Assembly (NCBI RefSeq): GCF_028368995.1
Contig: NZ_JAQNDL010000001.1
Span: 4,000,001-4,064,000, forward strand
Length of the DNA stretch: 64,000 nucleotides
Origin: Nannocystis bainbridge
Lineage (GTDB): Bacteria; Myxococcota_A; Polyangia; Nannocystales; Nannocystaceae
Reading direction: 5' to 3'
Of this stretch, positions 59,901 to 64,000 are shown piece after piece. The notes under the pieces were generated by a model. That model saw only the letters and a list, made by a program, of their open reading frames with translations, ran no database searches and was not told the DNA's origin. Numbering within the stretch: position 1 is the first letter of the stretch; the number at the start of each line of letters is the position of its first letter. The translations under genes were made by a program, and so were the position numbers.

Positions 59901-60192
59901 CACCCACTACTCACACGACCTCGCCACCCAGCTCGCCCACCAGTACGGCCAGATCAAGGTGCTGCGCGCGTCGACCCAGACGCCGCTGCCCGCGACCTAC
60001 GTCAAGGTCTACGCCCGCCAGCACGGGGGCAACGTCGCGTTCTTCAAGGACGGCTACACCGACATGCGCGGCCGCTTCGACTACGCGACGCTCTCGACGG
60101 ATGACCTCGACCGCGTCGAGCAGTTCGCAATCCTGGTAGTCAGCGACGAGGCCGGCGCGACGGTGCTCGAGGCCGCGCCGCCGCCGCGGTGA
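53935..60192 (+). CDS. Giant 2085-aa protein of unknown function (helical N-terminus, macroglobulin-like beta modules)
   Basis: Uninterrupted ORF with strong coding bias. ALSDDRAAALAGLLPGT, YSKYACHELH, HLEYAPL, DIELLFSRQPF, YVKVY...FFKDGYTD.RGRFDY. Confidence 0.8.
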   Translation: MDLEHLEALALSDDRAAALAGLLPGTPEHDYWRGVHSQHHGRLDEVDAILSGWKKRHGRTDDFHARLARRQLLLRSGLDLGKHADALRFEAHVRLDDEAEAVAAAHRYPTRLDPALIDQDALVDEARRRGSELGYLTDWALPDLVDRDLDATERRNLLQRLTRTNFPGLVALVAADLGEKSSHSFGSLPVHARLTRAQLDELAALRPELRKHPQFVDAVLVRLRPPTHIDWRTDLEARAAYLAELWAFVAGLPAAFNALKAQVLYHQLDLDRRRGVLDRERFLRYLALPRKVAYAPAERLRHVPSDQQVAPGGHAAQSAGLESIGDDEPLVREYLELLLLQEDGDAFAEYLRADWLAEQLATARLLAGAPEPERWAALLGPARLAALRDRVDLELTLRNPARFAADAPVALEVEVKNVPRLVVKTYRIDAVAHFLARRAEVDTTIDLDGLVASDEQVFLGDAPAIQRVRRRIDLAGCGRPGTYVIELIGGGKSSRALIRKGGLRHTVRVGVAGPTIRVLDDLGHPLPDARIWLAGREYAPRDDGSITIPFSTAPTRATMLLVHGDIAQAEALQHPAEQYHFHAGIHLERESLVPGKQARALLRPMLTVAGWPATVALIDDPIVEIAVTDNAGTTSTRSLPVVLRDDAETLVELVVPEDAAQLTLTARGQVRVASTQKTADLLDSASAEVGRIHRTEYTEAVHLASGAEGHVLHLLGKTGEPRAGRAIALSFKHVAVTFELSTTLETDARGRIELGHLPGIERITASLPTSESQHFALWPELDAARTIHAVAGQQVLLPRPPALGDGDSSLVELRGGAPTRDLTARVSLDERVLVVAGDLPAGEYLLQSRGVADVRIVVVPADTPIVDGWAAAGPTSIELSPPLPLITGLRAAADQLELELDGAGPNTRVHLLATRFRPDRVLPRSLRRAPRPPLAGAVAPVLSHYVSGRDIGDEYRYVLDRRNHARRPGMLLEKPGLLLNPWAVRTTSTGVQHAKGGGAYAASPARPAAAPATAAPRTQAAFGGEQVGFVALDFLPAPAVVLANLRPDESGRLRVPLADLGPAQSVRIVVVDPALTSVVDLGLPATDLRPRDLRLRFALVHDQHFTELRGVDGAPAGATLVVEDLRSGKLELVDTVARAHQVLLSLGAPDTLREFAFVTQWHALDDATRRARYSKYACHELHLFLHFRDPEFFARVVRPYLEHKRRKTFVDHWLLGADLSGYLEPWAFGRLNALERALLARRLPDARASIVRLLGDAVDLIPPDPERDDRLVDTLLGASALEGSPLAAAAPATMELAEDSFGSEGAPVKEHKKMARRSRREIDAMDRDEEEAGDGFSAVGGGGPPPPPPGAPAAAKAMRAGSRGGGGDFDDTTITADLRERRRSAPLYRGADKTQEWAESDWWHIRATNATSFLIAVHRYWRDFARHDPATGPFLSPHLDECAGDFASALCALAVLDLPFVAGAHAVTVEDTRLSLTCASPALAARTRIAAVEAAEDTRAALLVGQSYVRSDDRWEWDGAEQREKVVDGEFLVGVVYRCQVVVTNPTSRHRRIAALLQIPRGAMPVASGFYTRTFNLQLHGYGTQLLEYAFYFPAAGQFTHFPAHVSEHRGERVELVGAGPPAVLAVVVTPTRVDAGSWAHVSQHGTTDEVLGFLAGANLGRVELERIAWRMRDRDAFTRVLALLTDRRTYNDRLWAYALAHADRPRVAEWLRHQDAFVRKAGPALVGGVIEIDAAERNWYEHLEYAPLVGARAHRLGSKRQVLNDALAAQYNNFLELVAHRPAAGPDDLLAAAHYLFSLDRTDDALAALARVDRGQLATRLQYDYLAAYAACCSGDLATARALAEPWRAHPVDRWRSRFAALLAMLDEAEGRGPAVAVDDDSREQRMDELAARQPALAVTAEQGRIILQHHNVTTCQLRFYRMDIELLFSRQPFVQGDVERFSWIEPGATLEVQLPAGESRTTVEIPQGMRGANLVIDAVAAGLRRSITHYSHDLATQLAHQYGQIKVLRASTQTPLPATYVKVYARQHGGNVAFFKDGYTDMRGRFDYATLSTDDLDRVEQFAILVVSDEAGATVLEAAPPPR

Positions 60193-60716
60193 GGTGATTT
60201 CCTCGGGACCGCGAGCACATCCGTGCTCGCGGTCGGCGACCATAGCGCCGCCGCGATCTCTCGCCACAGTCGCCGCCCCCACCCAATCGTCGCGGCCCGC
60301 TGCCACCCAGGCGCCACGCGGCTGCGGACGCGTCTGGCTGCACGCGCGCGCCGCGGCCCACGGCGGGGGCAAGGAGGAGCATGCATCCCACGATCGCCGC
60401 ACCGATAAATGTAATGGGGCTCAGAACGGGGGAGGGCCGAGGGAGATGAGACAAATAGCGACGCTCAAGCCATTGCCGCCCCAGAGTCTGAGGTACTCGT
60501 TCGACAAACCTCGTCGTGACGGCTACCACCCGGCCGGCCTGACGCTTGCGAAGTGCTCGTTCGACAATCGTCCACGGGGCACGGGCGGGACTTTTGCGGC
60601 GACGACCAGCGCGGCGTCTGTGTCGCACGGGCCGAGCACGGGGCAGCCAGCACCCGGGCGTGGTCTCCAGTCGGCTGGACGGTGTCGAGGCGCGGTGTTA
60701 TCTCACTCCCTCACCC

Positions 60717-61385
60717 ATGCACACCAGCAGCGTCAGACCCGACGAACTTCGTCGCTGCGCCCGGTGCGGCCAGGCAGCCCTGGTGTGCGCCCGTGACTGG
60801 CAGCACCGGGTATTGGGGGTCGCCACGGGCACCTGGACGCGGGAGCTCGAGTGCCGGTCGTGCGGCGCCAAGGTCACGCTGTACTCGCCGAAGCACATCG
60901 CGGTCGAGCGCGTGTTCGCCTTCGTGATGCTGCCGGCGATCTTCCCGGGCCTCTACTTCATGGCCAGCGCTCGCCGCAAGGCGCGAGCTTGGAGTGACAA
61001 CCCGGTGGTGGATGGTGCCTCGACCTCGCCGCCCCGCGGGCCGGGGGACCGCGTCTGCGCCGGGTGTCGCGGGCGGGCGCGCTGCACGGCCATGCACCGG
61101 CGGCAGATGTGGGGGATGGACGTCGGCACGCGCTGCCGCTACGCCTGCAGCCGGTGCGCGAAGGTCTTCACCGTCCATGACGGCCGCGGCGTCGCGTTCT
61201 CGCTGGCCGTCGCCAGCTTGCTCACTGTGATAGCCGCGCTGGTGGTGGCGATCCCGCCAGGATCGGACGTCGGGGCCGAGGCGAGTAACCGGTGGGTCGG
61301 CGTGGGCCTGTCGGTCATCGCCGCGCTCGGCTGGATCGCGCTCGCGCTGCAGCTCCGAGCGCGGCGCGTGCATCCCATGGCCTGA
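60717..61385 (+). CDS. Hypothetical membrane protein with two CxxC-pair zinc ribbons
   Basis: CARC..CRSC, TM, CAGC..CSRC, TM, TM. Confidence 0.62.
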   Translation: MHTSSVRPDELRRCARCGQAALVCARDWQHRVLGVATGTWTRELECRSCGAKVTLYSPKHIAVERVFAFVMLPAIFPGLYFMASARRKARAWSDNPVVDGASTSPPRGPGDRVCAGCRGRARCTAMHRRQMWGMDVGTRCRYACSRCAKVFTVHDGRGVAFSLAVASLLTVIAALVVAIPPGSDVGAEASNRWVGVGLSVIAALGWIALALQLRARRVHPMA

Positions 61386-61598
61386 ACGAGCGACCGGCCG
61401 CCTGCACGCCGAGGCGCCTGGCAGCCAGGCGTTTCTACCGCTCTGCGCCGAGCGCGGGCAGACCTCGGCTCAAACCACCGCCCAGCTCTGCGCGTCGACG
61501 CCACCGGGATCCTCCGGTTCGAGGCTCCCGCCTGGCGACGACCGGTGACGTGACCCGATCGTCACGCGCCGTTTCCCTGCGACGGATTCAGATCGTCA

Positions 61599-61868
61599 TC
61601 AACGCGACACGCAGCGCCGCGCGAACACCTCGACGCTGCCCAGCGAATCACCGGTGGCGACGGCCGCGAACGGGTGCCAGCCGGCGGGCAACGCGTCGAC
61701 CGAGGCCGGGTCGTACTGCGTCCAGGCGGAGACCTCCCATTGGCCACAGTCGCCCTCCTCGGCCCACGCGACCGCGGGGCTGCTGTCGAACGGACAGCCG
61801 ACGACGAACACCAGCCCGGCCGCGAAGCCGAGCGCCAGCATCATTCCCGAACGCATGTCGAAGCTCAT
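61599..61868 (-). CDS. Small hypothetical secreted/lipoprotein
   Basis: SD GGAGG, hydrophobic signal ending VVGC, CGQWEV...LPAGWHPF...RRC. Confidence 0.55.
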   Translation of the reverse strand: MSFDMRSGMMLALGFAAGLVFVVGCPFDSSPAVAWAEEGDCGQWEVSAWTQYDPASVDALPAGWHPFAAVATGDSLGSVEVFARRCVSR

Positions 61869-62023
61869 CCCAGGACCTCCATCCGGCGAACCCGCCGCTC
61901 CACGTTCAAGCGGCGCCCGGCCCGAATTATTCCTGTCGCCGCGAACAACGATCCGCAGAGGTCCGCGCCGGTTCGCTGCGCGGCGTCGGTCGGCCGCGCG
62001 CCGCGTGTTACCGTGCTGCGGTC

Positions 62024-62572
62024 ATGAGAGCTCCGCACGACACGCTGACCTCCGAGCGCCTGGTGTTGCGTCGTTACACCGCCGACGACCTCGACCTGCT
62101 GGTGCGCCTGCACACCGATATTCGGGTCATGCGCTTCGCCGGCGGCCTCCAGGACCGGGCCCGCAGCGAGGCGATGATGCGCGAGCGGATCCTCGCCTAC
62201 TACGACCAGCACCCCGGCCTCGGCATCTGGCTGACGAGCGAGCGGGCCACGGGCGCCCCGGTCGGCATGCACCTGCTGAACCACGTCCGCGACGACACGG
62301 TCATCCAGGTCGGCTACCTGCTCTACCCCGAGTACTGGGGCCGCGGCTACGCCACCGAGATGGCCGCGCGCCTGCTGCGATACGGCTTCGCCGAGCTCGG
62401 GCTGCCGCAGATCTCCGCGATCACCGACCTGCCGCACGTCGACTCCCAGCGCGTCCTTTTAAAAGTTGGCCTGCACCGCGACGGCGAGCGCCACTTCCCC
62501 GCGTATGGCGAGGAGCCCCTGGCGTTCTTCACCCGCGACGCCGCGGCCTGGCTCGCCGAGAACCCGACCTGA
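62024..62572 (+). CDS. GNAT N-acetyltransferase (RimJ/RimL-like)
   Basis: SERLVLRR, VGYLL.PEYWGRGYATE, SQRVL.KVG. Confidence 0.9.
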   Translation: MRAPHDTLTSERLVLRRYTADDLDLLVRLHTDIRVMRFAGGLQDRARSEAMMRERILAYYDQHPGLGIWLTSERATGAPVGMHLLNHVRDDTVIQVGYLLYPEYWGRGYATEMAARLLRYGFAELGLPQISAITDLPHVDSQRVLLKVGLHRDGERHFPAYGEEPLAFFTRDAAAWLAENPT

Positions 62573-62623
62573 CATGTCCCATCGAGCCTTCGAGCGGCCC
62601 ACTTGCGCTTCGCCCAGCAGCAC

Positions 62624-63175
62624 TCAGAACAACAGAAGGCCAGCAAATACACCGAAATGTGGCAGCGGTACGCCTCCAAGAATGCCGACGATCCGAGCTT
62701 CGCCCCCGACGATGCCCTTGACACGCTCTTGCCGCCGCGCTCCGAGGACGACTCCCAGACGTACCTCTGCTTCGAGTGCGACGAGCGTGGATCGCCAGAG
62801 CATGACGCCACCGCCGAACTGATAGAACAGACGATCACCGGGCCCTCCATATCCAAGGGCAGCCACGTGGTGGCGGTGATAGACCAAGCCGTAGTTCCCC
62901 CCCCAGCTAAAGAACGCCGTACCGCGGTCGGCGCCGCCGACGCTCACCGCGAATTCGTAACCAAGGGCAGTTTTCCACGGTCGATTGTGGCGATCGAAGC
63001 GCGGGCGCAGTGAAGAACCGAGAAAGAGCCCGAGCTCTCCGCCCGGCACACCGGAGACGATGCTCCACTGGACGCTGTAACGGTTGGCAAAGACCAGCTT
63101 GCGCGCGCCCTCCGACGGTGGACCGGCAGAGGGCGCGATGGTGAGCAGCACCGTGAGGGCAGCGAGGACGAGCAT
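62624..63175 (-). CDS. Hypothetical secreted beta-rich protein (possible outer-membrane barrel)
   Basis: Signal peptide, Gly/aromatic beta-strands, C-terminal Phe. Confidence 0.55.
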   Translation of the reverse strand: MLVLAALTVLLTIAPSAGPPSEGARKLVFANRYSVQWSIVSGVPGGELGLFLGSSLRPRFDRHNRPWKTALGYEFAVSVGGADRGTAFFSWGGNYGLVYHRHHVAALGYGGPGDRLFYQFGGGVMLWRSTLVALEAEVRLGVVLGARRQERVKGIVGGEARIVGILGGVPLPHFGVFAGLLLF

Positions 63176-63198
63176 CGGCCCGTACAGGATGCCAAGGA

Positions 63199-64000
63199 TC
63201 AGACCGGCGGAACCGTGTGCAAAGACACGGACACGATCCCGTAGAACGGCATCATGTCGATGGTGAGGTTGAGGGTAAGCGGGGCATCGGTGGCGCGGAG
63301 ACTCCCTACGAGCTGATCCGTCTCAACGTTATACGCTCCGTAGCCCGACGTGACTGGCGTCCCGTCCACGATCACGGCGTCCGCCCAAAACTGGGTGTTC
63401 ATGGTGGCGTCGGGGAACGTCACGGTACCTCGGGAGCGGTTCCACGTACCAGTGAACGGAGCGATCGTCTGGAACCCCATGTGCTGCACCTCGAAGAGGC
63501 CCCCCGCACCGGCCGCATCGGAGTAACCCCCCTCGACAGCCTTCGTCAATCCGACAAGACTATCGATGGTGAGCGTACATTGAGCAGGGCTACATGCCGT
63601 GAGCGTATACCCCAGGTAGCCGTGAAAGCTACTTACTCCCGCAGAATCACCCTGTGGCGTGACAAGCGTGGCACTCCCTTCGAATTGATGATAGGCACCG
63701 TCCTTAGGAAGGAGCGCTTCGCCGTCGCACTCCCAGCCGGAGAGCGTGGACTTCAACACGGGCCGTTCTCCGCTCGGGTTTCCGGTGATCGATACGCCAC
63801 TGGAGTTGACGTAGCTGCCATCCAGATCACAGTCAATACTCCCCACGATGGCGCAGTCCGGGTCGACCGCACAAGCTTCTTCCATACCCTTGCGGTACTC
63901 TTTGCAATCATCTTCGCAGATGCTCGCCGCGTCGGCTTCACTGAGACCCATCACGCATTTGGAATAGTGGTATGGCGTCCCGTCCACCTCAACCCGGCTC
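63199..64000 (-). CDS. Hypothetical Cys-rich protein, 5' end beyond the window; atypical lower-GC codons
   Basis: ORF of at least 262 aa continuing to the right edge; many A/T third positions. Confidence 0.55.
   Translation of the reverse strand, partial: SRVEVDGTPYHYSKCVMGLSEADAASICEDDCKEYRKGMEEACAVDPDCAIVGSIDCDLDGSYVNSSGVSITGNPSGERPVLKSTLSGWECDGEALLPKDGAYHQFEGSATLVTPQGDSAGVSSFHGYLGYTLTACSPAQCTLTIDSLVGLTKAVEGGYSDAAGAGGLFEVQHMGFQTIAPFTGTWNRSRGTVTFPDATMNTQFWADAVIVDGTPVTSGYGAYNVETDQLVGSLRATDAPLTLNLTIDMMPFYGIVSVSLHTVPPV

Noticed and set aside
54160-59907. Very long antisense and alternate-frame ORFs (1915 aa here; also 44759..47551, 20182..22587, 56538..60104)
   Set aside because: Shadow ORFs typical of high-GC DNA, lying opposite or within well-supported genes, with Arg/Ala/Gly-biased composition and no motifs.

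Overview
GC-rich myxobacterial chromosome segment, probably Nannocystaceae-like. This is inferred from the MYXO-CTERM proteins and the many Thr/Ser/Gly-linker, Cys-rich lipoproteins. The roughly 54 genes are mostly singletons: a Ski2/HelY-like helicase, an M49 peptidase, esterases, glpX, an RlmM-like methyltransferase, a DHDPS/cupin/MocR unit, aldB-DUF779, an aldo/keto reductase and an acyl-CoA ligase. Also present are a cobalamin-riboswitch- and NrdR-controlled nrdAB-thioesterase operon, a complete ISL3 with an 8-bp TSD, three unpaired restriction-modification-type genes (Mrr, HsdR_N-type nuclease, M.PaeR7I/XhoI-like methylase), a MYND-finger/MSS51-like protein, a degenerate MbnP and a 2085-aa giant of unknown function. 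The strongest unexplained signal is a dispersed 14-bp palindrome, TGTC-N6-GACA. I found at least 15 perfect and about 12 one-mismatch copies by eye. They often sit in head-to-tail arrays with an exact 14-bp period, filling convergent gene junctions and also lying inside ORFs. Many genes have a TANNNT box 5-10 nt before the start codon and no obvious SD sequence, suggesting widespread leaderless expression. Product calls come from motif recognition only; no database searches were run.
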